A DNA stretch of 44,717 nt, from assembly GCA_001577055.1 (NCBI GenBank), contig LSCG01000003.1:1-44717 (forward strand), given 5' to 3'. Source of the DNA: Fidelibacterota bacterium TCS56 (GTDB lineage Bacteria; Fidelibacterota; Marinisomatia; Marinisomatales; TCS56). Positions 7,290-16,005 of the stretch are shown here, piece by piece. Positions within the stretch are counted from its first letter, which is position 1. Every line of letters starts with the position of its first letter. Under the pieces are notes generated by a model. The model worked only from the letters and a program-made list of their open reading frames with translations, searched no databases and was not told the DNA's origin. The position numbers and the translations under genes were made by a program.

Positions 7290-9296
7290 TCAGTTTTTCA
7301 GATATTTATCGAACCAGTCCACTATCGCCTGTAGCCGATCCACCCGCCGGTCCGGGCGGCCATGGCGTGACAGGCCGTGAAACTCCTCCGGGAAGCGCAG
7401 ATACTCCACATCCCGTCCCAGATATTTCAGGGCGGTAAACATCTGGTCGCCCTGCTCCACATTGCAGCGCAAGTCGTTCTCACTGTGAACAATCAGCAAC
7501 GGTGTGTGGCAGTTTTCGATGTAGGTGATGGGCGACCATTTCTGGTAAACCTCACGGTTTTTCCAGGGCGGCCCATCGAATTCCAAGGCCAGATCCCAGC
7601 CAATATCGGAATTACCGAACATGCTGGACAAATCCGAAACACAGCGCTGGGTACAGGCTGCTTTAAAACGATCGGTGTGGGTAACGATCCAGTTCGTCAT
7701 GTAACCGCCGTAGCTGCCGCCGGTAACCCCCAGACGTTTTTCGTCGATATAACCCTGTTCAAGCAGAAAATCGACAGCGGCCATTATATCCGCCATGGTC
7801 GGCTCGGCCCAGCAGGCGGCAATGGAAGCGGCGAATTCCTCGCCGTATCCCTGGCTGCCGCGGGGATTGGTGTAAACCACCACATAGCCGGCAGCGGCCA
7901 GGGCCTGCATCTCATGGAAAAAGGTTCGACCATACTGCCCGCGGGGCCCGCCATGGATCTGCATTATCAGAGGATATTTATTCCCAAGATCAAAATCCTG
8001 CGGCTTAACGACCCAGCCCTGTAACGATTGTCCATTGTTCTCGAAATTAATTTCCTCCGCAACCTTAAAATCACGACTGTTGACGTAGGAACGATTAAGT
8101 TTAGTCAATTGACGTATTTTGCCGGTCTTCATTGTCAGCAGACAGATTTCGTCGGGATGGCTCAGATCGGCGCCATGAAAAGCGTGGACCGCCTGTTGCT
8201 GATCAAAACTGCCATTGATTGTCACCAGCTCCTCCGGAGTCACAAAGTCGGTGGCATCATTATTTATATCAGTCACCACCAGTGGCTGCCCGCCATTGCG
8301 GGATATGCGATAATAGATTTTATCTCCCGCCTGTGACCAACGGGGTGGCTCGAAAGTAAATGAGGGGGTAATATCACCCAGGGTAAGGGCGATGGCGGTA
8401 CGATCCAAATCCGCTCCAAATGAGCGATGATTTCTGCCGGCGGCATCGATTACATTCAGCAGGTAGCCCACGGCACCCCAGCCCTCATAGGGGCGTTGAT
8501 GTCCAAAATAGGCCAGCCTGGAACCATCGGGGGAATAGGCCAGTCCCTCTTTAGGTCCTTTAGGCGCTTTGATGGTTGTTATTGATCCGTCGCCGGCGAT
8601 ATCAATCGTGTAAATTTCCTGCTCCTCCAGTCGCTTTTCCCAATCGGCGTGTCGGAAGGAGATAAAAGCCAGCCGGCGGGAATCCGGGGACCAGCAAAAA
8701 CTGGTGTCCGGGAAATCGCCGTCAACCAATTGGCGGGCCTTCCCGGTGCGGGCATTAACCAGCCACAGATGGGTGCGTTGGCTGTCAAAAAACCCTTCTC
8801 CATCCAGCCGGAACCAGATGTTTTTAATCCGCCGACTGGTGGGTATTTCCGGCTTTCCGTCATCGTCCAGCTTGACTTCCGACCCCAGCGGATGAAACAG
8901 GATGGCCAGGAATTTTCCATCCGGGGACCATTCCATCTGGCTGATTGAACCGCGCGGCAGCCTGGTCAACGGGCGTGCTTCGCCACCTGCCATTGATAAC
9001 AGCCAGATCTGATCGGATGGGGCTTTCTTGTCACCCACGTCCCGGCGACCGGCGAAAGCCAGCTTACGGCCATCCGGCGCCCAGCGCGGCAGACGGTCAT
9101 GCCGCTTTCCGACCGTCAGGGCACGGCAATTTTTACCGCTGCTGCTGACCTGCCACAAATTCTGGTAGTAGGTTTTATCCTTCTTATCCATGCTTTCCAC
9201 CATGAAGGCAACCTGGTCAGCATCGGGTGATATTTGCGGGTCTCCCACCAGTTTAAGACGATATAAATCTTCAATTTTAATCGCTGGTTTTTTCAT
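7290..9296 (-). CDS. S9 family serine peptidase (acylaminoacyl-peptidase / prolyl oligopeptidase type) with an N-terminal beta-propeller
   Basis: It has repeated (W/Y)SPDG propeller motifs, the GGSYGGYM nucleophile elbow, and ..HSENDLRC.. and EEFHGL for Asp and His. The start is taken at MKKPAIK (9296), because the longer track ORF overlaps the lipase gene. Confidence 0.9.
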   Translation of the reverse strand: MKKPAIKIEDLYRLKLVGDPQISPDADQVAFMVESMDKKDKTYYQNLWQVSSSGKNCRALTVGKRHDRLPRWAPDGRKLAFAGRRDVGDKKAPSDQIWLLSMAGGEARPLTRLPRGSISQMEWSPDGKFLAILFHPLGSEVKLDDDGKPEIPTSRRIKNIWFRLDGEGFFDSQRTHLWLVNARTGKARQLVDGDFPDTSFCWSPDSRRLAFISFRHADWEKRLEEQEIYTIDIAGDGSITTIKAPKGPKEGLAYSPDGSRLAYFGHQRPYEGWGAVGYLLNVIDAAGRNHRSFGADLDRTAIALTLGDITPSFTFEPPRWSQAGDKIYYRISRNGGQPLVVTDINNDATDFVTPEELVTINGSFDQQQAVHAFHGADLSHPDEICLLTMKTGKIRQLTKLNRSYVNSRDFKVAEEINFENNGQSLQGWVVKPQDFDLGNKYPLIMQIHGGPRGQYGRTFFHEMQALAAAGYVVVYTNPRGSQGYGEEFAASIAACWAEPTMADIMAAVDFLLEQGYIDEKRLGVTGGSYGGYMTNWIVTHTDRFKAACTQRCVSDLSSMFGNSDIGWDLALEFDGPPWKNREVYQKWSPITYIENCHTPLLIVHSENDLRCNVEQGDQMFTALKYLGRDVEYLRFPEEFHGLSRHGRPDRRVDRLQAIVDWFDKYLKN

Positions 9297-9310
9297 GGTA
9301 ATCCTTTTGA

Positions 9311-10546
9311 TTAATCGGCCGGCAGGGTGGCCAGTATTTGACAATGATTGAGGAAAATCTGCTGGGCCTGATCCCATTTCCGGCGACCTTTCAGGCCGTG
9401 CCCTACCATTTGTTTGTGATCAAAATCCAATTTGCCCATATAATACCATTGACCGGGAATCACAGCGGCGGCCGGGTTATAGGTGGCAATGGGATCGGGT
9501 CCGTTGAGACCGGTAGTGGGACCGGCCATGGAAACAGTATTCACGATACCGTCATTTTCGAACCAGGTAGAATCGGTGGCCGTGCCATCGCTCCAATAAG
9601 CCACGCGCGAACCCATCAGGCGGGCATTACCGAAATAAGTCAGACTCATGTCAGCGTCCGGCAGGTAGCGCCCACTGCGTGAATCACGGCTGGTGCTGGA
9701 GGTGGCATAAGAGAAATAATAGATATTGGGATCGGCCACCAGGCCGGTATTAAGGTCACGAGCGCCGTCCAGGCTCACGTCCCAGGCACTGATGTTTCGC
9801 GTCCCCCAGGCATGATGATCCCGCATGCGATTACGATAATCAATCCAGGCTTCGCCTTCTTCACGCTTAAAGCGCCACTGCTCCAGATCAAAATTATAGA
9901 AATCAGTGCCGGTCACCGCCGCTACGGCAATAATATCCTGCAGGAATGGAACTGATTTGGTAATGATATTGGACAGGGTGGTGCCGTTGTGGGGTGTGGA
10001 AAAGGTGGAGATCGATTTTATCCAGCCGCGATGGGATTCCCCCAGCAGAAAACTGGATTCGGGAATCTGATAATTGCCATCTTCATAAAAATCATTGGTC
10101 AACAGGAATTGCAGCATGCGGCTGGTCTGCCCCCCCATACTGTGCCCGATTAAATGAACCGGATGTTCACTATCCCATTGTGGATACAAACCGGGATAAA
10201 CCTTGCCCTCAGGTCGCCGGTCAAGTCCGTAGCGTTGGGAATGAGCCTGACCATAATCCACCTGGCCGCCCTTGATACAATAGAATAACTCCACGGCCCG
10301 GTCCCAGTTGGAGGATACGGGTCCGATCGAAGCAGTGTAAACGGTAAAGCCCTGTTCCCGCAGATGTTTTTCCAGATCGGCGTGCCCGCCCCAATAATGG
10401 TACCCACCCATCTCATCGCGGCCCCACCCCATAAAACCATGCACCAGGATTATGGGGTAATCATTCCCGGCCAGCACGCTGACGGCCGGCAGGAGTATAA
10501 TCAGGATCAACAGGCCAGTCGAGTATCTTCCCCGGAATAAACGCAT
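9311..10546 (-). CDS. Secreted triacylglycerol lipase (Geobacillus/Staphylococcus-like family I.5/I.6)
   Basis: It has a signal peptide, then PIILVHGFMGWGRDEMGGYHYWGG and the GHSMGG nucleophile motif. Confidence 0.8.
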   Translation of the reverse strand: MRLFRGRYSTGLLILIILLPAVSVLAGNDYPIILVHGFMGWGRDEMGGYHYWGGHADLEKHLREQGFTVYTASIGPVSSNWDRAVELFYCIKGGQVDYGQAHSQRYGLDRRPEGKVYPGLYPQWDSEHPVHLIGHSMGGQTSRMLQFLLTNDFYEDGNYQIPESSFLLGESHRGWIKSISTFSTPHNGTTLSNIITKSVPFLQDIIAVAAVTGTDFYNFDLEQWRFKREEGEAWIDYRNRMRDHHAWGTRNISAWDVSLDGARDLNTGLVADPNIYYFSYATSSTSRDSRSGRYLPDADMSLTYFGNARLMGSRVAYWSDGTATDSTWFENDGIVNTVSMAGPTTGLNGPDPIATYNPAAAVIPGQWYYMGKLDFDHKQMVGHGLKGRRKWDQAQQIFLNHCQILATLPAD

Positions 10547-10605
10547 GGGGAAATTTACATCATTTTCACCTTGTGCGGCAGGAGCCGATTAGATCGCGGC
10601 AGGTA

Positions 10606-11934
10606 TCAGTAAATCTCCAGGTAGCGGTCCAATTCCCACTGACTGACGGCCGTGGAGTACTCCTTCCAGTCGGCCATCTTGGCCAGGGTGTATTTTTCCC
10701 GGATTTCTTCACCCAGCGCCTCCCCGATAACAGGATCGGCGTTCAACTCTTCCAGCGCCTCCCGCAGACTGGCCGGCAGGGTTTTTACATCCTTCAACTG
10801 CAAGTCCGCTTCGGTCAATTCGTAGATATTCTCTTCCATGGGAAGCGGAGGATCAATCTGATTTCGAATACCATCTATCCCGGCCGCCAGCATGACGGCA
10901 AAGACCAGGTAGGGATTGGCGGTGGGATCTGCCGAGCGTAATTCACAGCGGGTTGAACTTTCCCGGCCGGGGGTGTAACGAGGAATGCGAATTAAAGCCG
11001 AGCGGTTAGTAGTGGCCCAGGAGACATAGGCCGGGGCTTCGTAACCCGGAACCAGTCGTTTGTAAGAATTTACAATCGGATTCAAAATAGCCGTCATAGC
11101 CCGGGCATGCCGCAATTGACCGCCGATGAAATGGCGGGCCATATCTGATAAATGATAACGGCCGTCATTATCGTAAAAGCGATTTTCATCGCCGGTAAAC
11201 ATGCTCTGGTGGACGTGCATGCCTGACCCGTTAATCCCGGAGATCGGTTTGGGCATGAAGGTGGCGTGCAGGTTATGGCGGTGTGCCACCGATTTCACGG
11301 CATACTTGAAGGTGACAACATTATCGGCAACCGTCAGGGCCTTCCCGTAGCGGAAATCGATTTCATGCTGACCTTCCGCCACCTCGTGGTGCAGCGCTTC
11401 CACATCGATACCCAGTCCCTGCAGGGCCAGGGTCATCTCCTGCCGGATATGGGTGGCCTGGTCGGTGGACTGGTCAAAATATCCCCCACGATCGTGTACC
11501 AGCGGCCGAATGTGATCATTGTCTTTGCGAAACAGGAAAAATTCCAGCTCCGGCCCAACGAAATATTCCAGCCCCAAATCTTCCGCCTCCTGCAACTGTT
11601 GTTTTAAAATCGTCCGCGGTGAGCCGGGATAAAGACTGCCATCGGGCAGGTAAACATCGCAAATACAACGGGCGGTCACGTAATCGCTGCCGCGTGTCCA
11701 GGGAATAACGGCAAAAGTGTCCAGCTCCGGCTTAAGATACATGTCGCTTTCAAAGATACGCGTAAAACCTTCGATGGATGATCCGTCAAACCAGACGTTA
11801 TTCTCCAGCGCTTCCTCCAGTTTAGTGGCCGGAATTGTCAGGGCTTTTACCACCCCTACCAGATCGGAGAACTGCATGTCCACAAACATGACTTTTTCCT
11901 GTTTTACAATATCCAAAACCGTCTTGATGTCCAT
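10606..11934 (-). CDS. glnA: Glutamine synthetase, type I
   Basis: 442 aa. Matches include ..FVDMQFSDLVGVVKALTIP..FDGSSIEGF.. , ..MHVHQS.. and NSYKRLVPGYEAP. Confidence 0.95.
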   Translation of the reverse strand: MDIKTVLDIVKQEKVMFVDMQFSDLVGVVKALTIPATKLEEALENNVWFDGSSIEGFTRIFESDMYLKPELDTFAVIPWTRGSDYVTARCICDVYLPDGSLYPGSPRTILKQQLQEAEDLGLEYFVGPELEFFLFRKDNDHIRPLVHDRGGYFDQSTDQATHIRQEMTLALQGLGIDVEALHHEVAEGQHEIDFRYGKALTVADNVVTFKYAVKSVAHRHNLHATFMPKPISGINGSGMHVHQSMFTGDENRFYDNDGRYHLSDMARHFIGGQLRHARAMTAILNPIVNSYKRLVPGYEAPAYVSWATTNRSALIRIPRYTPGRESSTRCELRSADPTANPYLVFAVMLAAGIDGIRNQIDPPLPMEENIYELTEADLQLKDVKTLPASLREALEELNADPVIGEALGEEIREKYTLAKMADWKEYSTAVSQWELDRYLEIY

Positions 11935-11998
11935 TGGATTTCCTTATTATTCGCTCTTGAATTAAAGTGATGAAACAGTATGTTTGGATGGAACCGGA

Positions 11999-12460
11999 CT
12001 AACTTCCGATGGCCGTCAAATCCAGCAGCATGCTTTCTTTATAAGTGGATAGTACCACCATGGTATGGGTGCGGGCCACACCGGGCCACAACTGGATATC
12101 GTGTAACAAGACTTCCAATCCGGAGGAACTGGGGACGCGCACTTTCAACAAATGGGAACCATCGCCGGTAACGGAATGGCATTCCAGCACGGCCGGTGAC
12201 TCGTGGGCGCATTGAATAACCTCGTCATAATGATCAGAAGATGAACTGACCACGGTGATATAAGCCGTCAGGTCAAAACCCATTTTCCGGGGATTGAGCT
12301 GGGCCGTGAAGCGCTTGATGTAGCCTGCTTCGGATAATTTCTTTATTCGTTCGGTAATTGCCGGCACCGATAATCCCACCTGCCCGGCGATTTCGCTGGC
12401 GGTCATGCGGGCATTGTTCTGGAGCAGGCCTAAAATCTCGATATCTTTACTGTCTGGCAT
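11999..12460 (-). CDS. Lrp/AsnC family transcriptional regulator
   Basis: 153 aa. ILGLLQNNARMTASEIAGQVGLSVPAITERIKKLSEAGYI is the HTH, followed by an RAM-like C-terminal domain. Confidence 0.9.
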   Translation of the reverse strand: MPDSKDIEILGLLQNNARMTASEIAGQVGLSVPAITERIKKLSEAGYIKRFTAQLNPRKMGFDLTAYITVVSSSSDHYDEVIQCAHESPAVLECHSVTGDGSHLLKVRVPSSSGLEVLLHDIQLWPGVARTHTMVVLSTYKESMLLDLTAIGS

Positions 12461-12546
12461 GCAAAAATATATTCACATAACAGATAGTTATACAAAATAT
12501 ATTTAAGTAAAAATCGGGTTATGCTTAAATATTTTAGAACACTTGC

Positions 12547-14928
12547 CTAGCGGAGCAGGATGCATAAAATATCCAGCGCTACCTGTTTGCTGGATTTCCC
12601 CACTTCCAGCGACGGTCCAACGCAGGACGGGCAGCCCGATTCGCAGGGGCAGGCGCTGATCAGATCGCGGGTCTGGGAAAGCAATTGTTCGTGGATATCG
12701 AAGAGTTGCTGGCTGAAGCCGATGCCACCCTGGTAATTGTCGTAAATAAACACGGTGGGCTGGAAATCATCGCCGGCTTCCAATCGTACCTGCTGGTCGC
12801 CCAGTTTTCCGCCGGCCGCCGAATAAGCTCCCCGCTGACCGTAAACATTGCGCAGGTACCACTCCGCTGATTTGTCCCCCACGCTGCGGTGAATATCGAT
12901 CACCGTGCACATCAGGTGTATGGCCGCCACGGCATGCAGGGCATTGGCCAGACCCAGGATTCCATCGATGCAATCGGCGGTCTGGTAAGACAGGTCATCC
13001 AGAATCCGCTGGGGAATGGTGAACCAGTAGGCCGTAGTGTGCATTTCCAGATCCGGCAGATTGATATCGCCGTAACCCACGTTTTCCATGGAATAGAACT
13101 TGATCTTCTTATAGCCCACTACCCGGGTCACAACCTGTACTTCACCCAGGGACACATCCAATCGCCCGGCGCGGCGGGTCTCGAACTCGTCCAAAATTTT
13201 CACATTGGTGTAGTCGATGGCGTCAGTATAATAGTCGGAATCGGTGGCCCGGACGATGGCCTTGCGGCCGTCCCAGTCCAGCTCATCAACGATGTACTGC
13301 TCGCCGGCCACCATGTAAATGGCGTCGGGGAAGATGGTCAGGGCGGCGTTGCCGTAATCCACTTCGGCTATAATTTTATTCTCCCGCCCTTTTTCCACCA
13401 CCACGAAATTGCCTTTTTCGATCCGCCGCAGGGACACACCCACCGCCGGGTAAACATCGCTGGACCAGTGCCAGCTTTGACCGTCATGATGCACCACGCC
13501 CCCTTCTTGCAGGTAGGTCAAAACCTCACAGGTATCCTTAACCGACACCTGGCCGAATGATTCACCATCCCGAAACGGCAGCTCAAAAGCCGCACATTTA
13601 ACATGATCCACCATGATGGTCAGGTTGTGGGGATTAATACGGGCTTTCTCGGGATTGGTACCAAAGAAATATTCGTTATGATTGATTAAAAATTGATCCA
13701 CCGGAGCAGAGCGTCCCACCAAGATCACAACCGATGATTTACCCCGGCGACCGGCACGACCGGCCTGCTGCCAGGTGGAAGCAATCGTGCCCGGGTACCC
13801 GGCCAGAACGGCCGCTTCCAGACTGCCGATGTCAATGCCCAGTTCCAGGGCATTGGTGGTCACCACCCCCTGAATCGTGCCCTGGCGCAGGCCCCGCTCA
13901 ATCTCCCGGCGGCGACCGGGCAGATATCCGCCGCGATAACCGGAAACAATCGGCGGCTGCCCCAATTGCTCACGGTCGGTGGTAAACTGGTCCCGCAGAT
14001 ATTTGGTGAGCACTTCCACATTCAAGCGGCTCAGGGCAAACACGATGGTGGAAGCCTTGGCTTCCAGCAGGGCCGCAGCCAGTTTCTGGGCCTGTTTGAT
14101 GTAACTGGCTCGAATCCCCAGCTCCTTATTGACCACCGGCGGATTATAAAATACAAAATTGCGGTCGGTGGTGGGCGCGCCGTTATCATCCACCAGCGAC
14201 ATGGGCAGTTCGGTCAGCGCTTCGCCATGCTCACGGGGATTGCCGATAGTGGCGCTGCAGCAGATAAACCGGGGATCGGAGCCATGAAAAGCGCACACCC
14301 GCCGCAGGCGGCGAATAACATTATTGACGTGGCTGCCAAACACACCGCGGTAGGCGTGAATCTCATCGATGACCACATATTTGAGATTCTGGAATAATTG
14401 AATCCACTTGGTGTGGTGGGGCAGGATTCCCTGGTGGAGCATATCGGGATTGGTGACGACAATATTGCCCTGTTTGCGAATCTTCTGGCGGGCGTCCTGG
14501 GGAGTGTCGCCATCGAAGGTGAACACGCGCACATTTTCACCTGTTTCACCCACAACTTCGTGTAATTCGGCCACCTGGTCCTGGCTCAGGGCCTTGGTAG
14601 GAAAAAGATAGAGCGCCTTGGCGCCGGGATTGTCAAGGATCATCTGTAATACGGGCAGATTATAACACAGGGTTTTACCACTGGCGGTAGGGGTGACCAC
14701 CACTACGTTTTGCCTGGACTGCAATCTTTCCCAGACCGCCCCCTGGTGACTGTAGAGGCGTTCGATTCCCCGTTGCTGATAGGCGCGTTTCAGACGTTCA
14801 TCTACCTCCGCGGGATAGTCAACGTATTTACCAGGTTGTCCGGCGATATGCCGGACATGGGAGATATTGGGACCCAGCTCCGGGTGTTGTTTCAGGTATT
14901 CAACCAATTCCGGAGTTTTAGCGTTCAT
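12547..14928 (-). CDS. DEAD/DEAH-box helicase with a C-terminal DUF1998 zinc module (YprA/MrfA/Hrq1-like)
   Basis: 793 aa. It has Walker A TPTASGKT, a DEIH box, the QQAGRAGRRG motif VI and a terminal CPCESGCPSCVG cysteine cluster. Confidence 0.85.
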   Translation of the reverse strand: MNAKTPELVEYLKQHPELGPNISHVRHIAGQPGKYVDYPAEVDERLKRAYQQRGIERLYSHQGAVWERLQSRQNVVVVTPTASGKTLCYNLPVLQMILDNPGAKALYLFPTKALSQDQVAELHEVVGETGENVRVFTFDGDTPQDARQKIRKQGNIVVTNPDMLHQGILPHHTKWIQLFQNLKYVVIDEIHAYRGVFGSHVNNVIRRLRRVCAFHGSDPRFICCSATIGNPREHGEALTELPMSLVDDNGAPTTDRNFVFYNPPVVNKELGIRASYIKQAQKLAAALLEAKASTIVFALSRLNVEVLTKYLRDQFTTDREQLGQPPIVSGYRGGYLPGRRREIERGLRQGTIQGVVTTNALELGIDIGSLEAAVLAGYPGTIASTWQQAGRAGRRGKSSVVILVGRSAPVDQFLINHNEYFFGTNPEKARINPHNLTIMVDHVKCAAFELPFRDGESFGQVSVKDTCEVLTYLQEGGVVHHDGQSWHWSSDVYPAVGVSLRRIEKGNFVVVEKGRENKIIAEVDYGNAALTIFPDAIYMVAGEQYIVDELDWDGRKAIVRATDSDYYTDAIDYTNVKILDEFETRRAGRLDVSLGEVQVVTRVVGYKKIKFYSMENVGYGDINLPDLEMHTTAYWFTIPQRILDDLSYQTADCIDGILGLANALHAVAAIHLMCTVIDIHRSVGDKSAEWYLRNVYGQRGAYSAAGGKLGDQQVRLEAGDDFQPTVFIYDNYQGGIGFSQQLFDIHEQLLSQTRDLISACPCESGCPSCVGPSLEVGKSSKQVALDILCILLR

Positions 14929-14937
14929 GGAGGCGGC

Positions 14938-15912
14938 TTACAGGCAACCGGTGATTCGTTCAATATCCTCAGGAGACAACTGCACTTCACCGGCATCCAG
15001 GTTGTGGTCCAGTTGCTTGATTGCGGTGGCACCAATAATCGCTGATGAAACCTCTTGTCGGCGCAGAATCCAGGCCAGCGATAATTGGGACAGGCTGATC
15101 CCCAAGTCTTCGGCCACCACTTTCAGGCGTGCGGCGCGGGCCAGATTATCATCAGTAAGATAGCGGGACATAAACTTGCCGCCGTTCGTCTCCGAACGAC
15201 TGCCGGCCGGATGGGGTTTACCGGCTTCATATTTACCGGTTAGTACGCCATGCGCCAGGGGCGAATAAACAATATTGCCCACGCCGTTTTTTGCACAGGC
15301 CGGGAACAGTTGGTCTTCGGCATCCCGTTCCAGCAGATTGTAACAGGGTTGACTACTGATGAAACGCGGCCAGCTATTGGCCCGGGATTTGGTGATAGCA
15401 TCAGTCAGTTGGTCGGCATTGAAGTTGGAGCAACCAGCGTACAGCGCTTTTCCCTGCCGCACAAGAATATCCAGGGCTTCCAGGCTTTCTTCGATTGGTG
15501 TTTCATGATCGTAAGCGTGGAATTGATAGAGGTCGATATAATCCATCTCCAGCCGGCGCAGGGAGGCTTCGCAGGCTTCGATAATATGTTTTTTACTGAG
15601 GCCGGCGCCCATGGGCCCGGGGTGCATCCGGCCGAAAACCTTGGTGGCCACCACCATCTGCTCCCGGGGCAGGTCGCGAGCGGCGCGCCCCAGCATGATT
15701 TCCGATTGGCCGGCGGAATAGACATCTGCCATATCGAAGAGGTTTACGCCCCGTTCAAAGGCCCGGTGGATCAAGCGGATCGACAGAGATTCATCCACCG
15801 TGCCGCCCAGCGTCAGCCAGCCTCCCAGGCTAAGTTTACTTACGCGCAGCCCCGAGGCTCCCAAGTGGCGATAATTCATTTCATGATGTTCCGGTTCGCG
15901 TTTTGAAACCAT
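14938..15912 (-). CDS. Aldo/keto reductase (Kv-beta/Tas-like)
   Basis: MNYRHLGASGLRVSKLSLGGW.. , DMADVYS.. and ..IGATAIKQLDHNL. A GAGGAA SD precedes ATG 15912; an internal ATG at 15879 is an alternative start. Confidence 0.9.
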   Translation of the reverse strand: MVSKREPEHHEMNYRHLGASGLRVSKLSLGGWLTLGGTVDESLSIRLIHRAFERGVNLFDMADVYSAGQSEIMLGRAARDLPREQMVVATKVFGRMHPGPMGAGLSKKHIIEACEASLRRLEMDYIDLYQFHAYDHETPIEESLEALDILVRQGKALYAGCSNFNADQLTDAITKSRANSWPRFISSQPCYNLLERDAEDQLFPACAKNGVGNIVYSPLAHGVLTGKYEAGKPHPAGSRSETNGGKFMSRYLTDDNLARAARLKVVAEDLGISLSQLSLAWILRRQEVSSAIIGATAIKQLDHNLDAGEVQLSPEDIERITGCL

Positions 15913-16005
15913 AATTCCTCAGTGCGAACCAGGGGTCCGCTGATGCCATATTCGTCAGGTAGAATTTGAAAATGTATTTATTCATATCGTAAAAAGCTAA
16001 TCAAG

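Noticed and set aside
11935-11998. Glutamine riboswitch (glnA RNA motif) or GlnR/TnrA box upstream of glnA.
   Set aside because: The GGAAGTTAG..GGTTCC element is the coding end of the Lrp gene. No TGTNAN7TNACA or ACGGAAGUAGG..AAGGAACG pattern is present.
12889-13560. Long antisense ORFs inside real genes. These include 12889-13560, 15250-15906, 18079-18789, 22235-22918, 39370-40080 and the many 60-140-aa ORFs inside the LTD gene.
   Set aside because: They are shadow ORFs opposite well-supported genes. Their sequences are low-complexity, Arg/Gly/Pro-rich or family-less, and they lack ribosome-binding sites.
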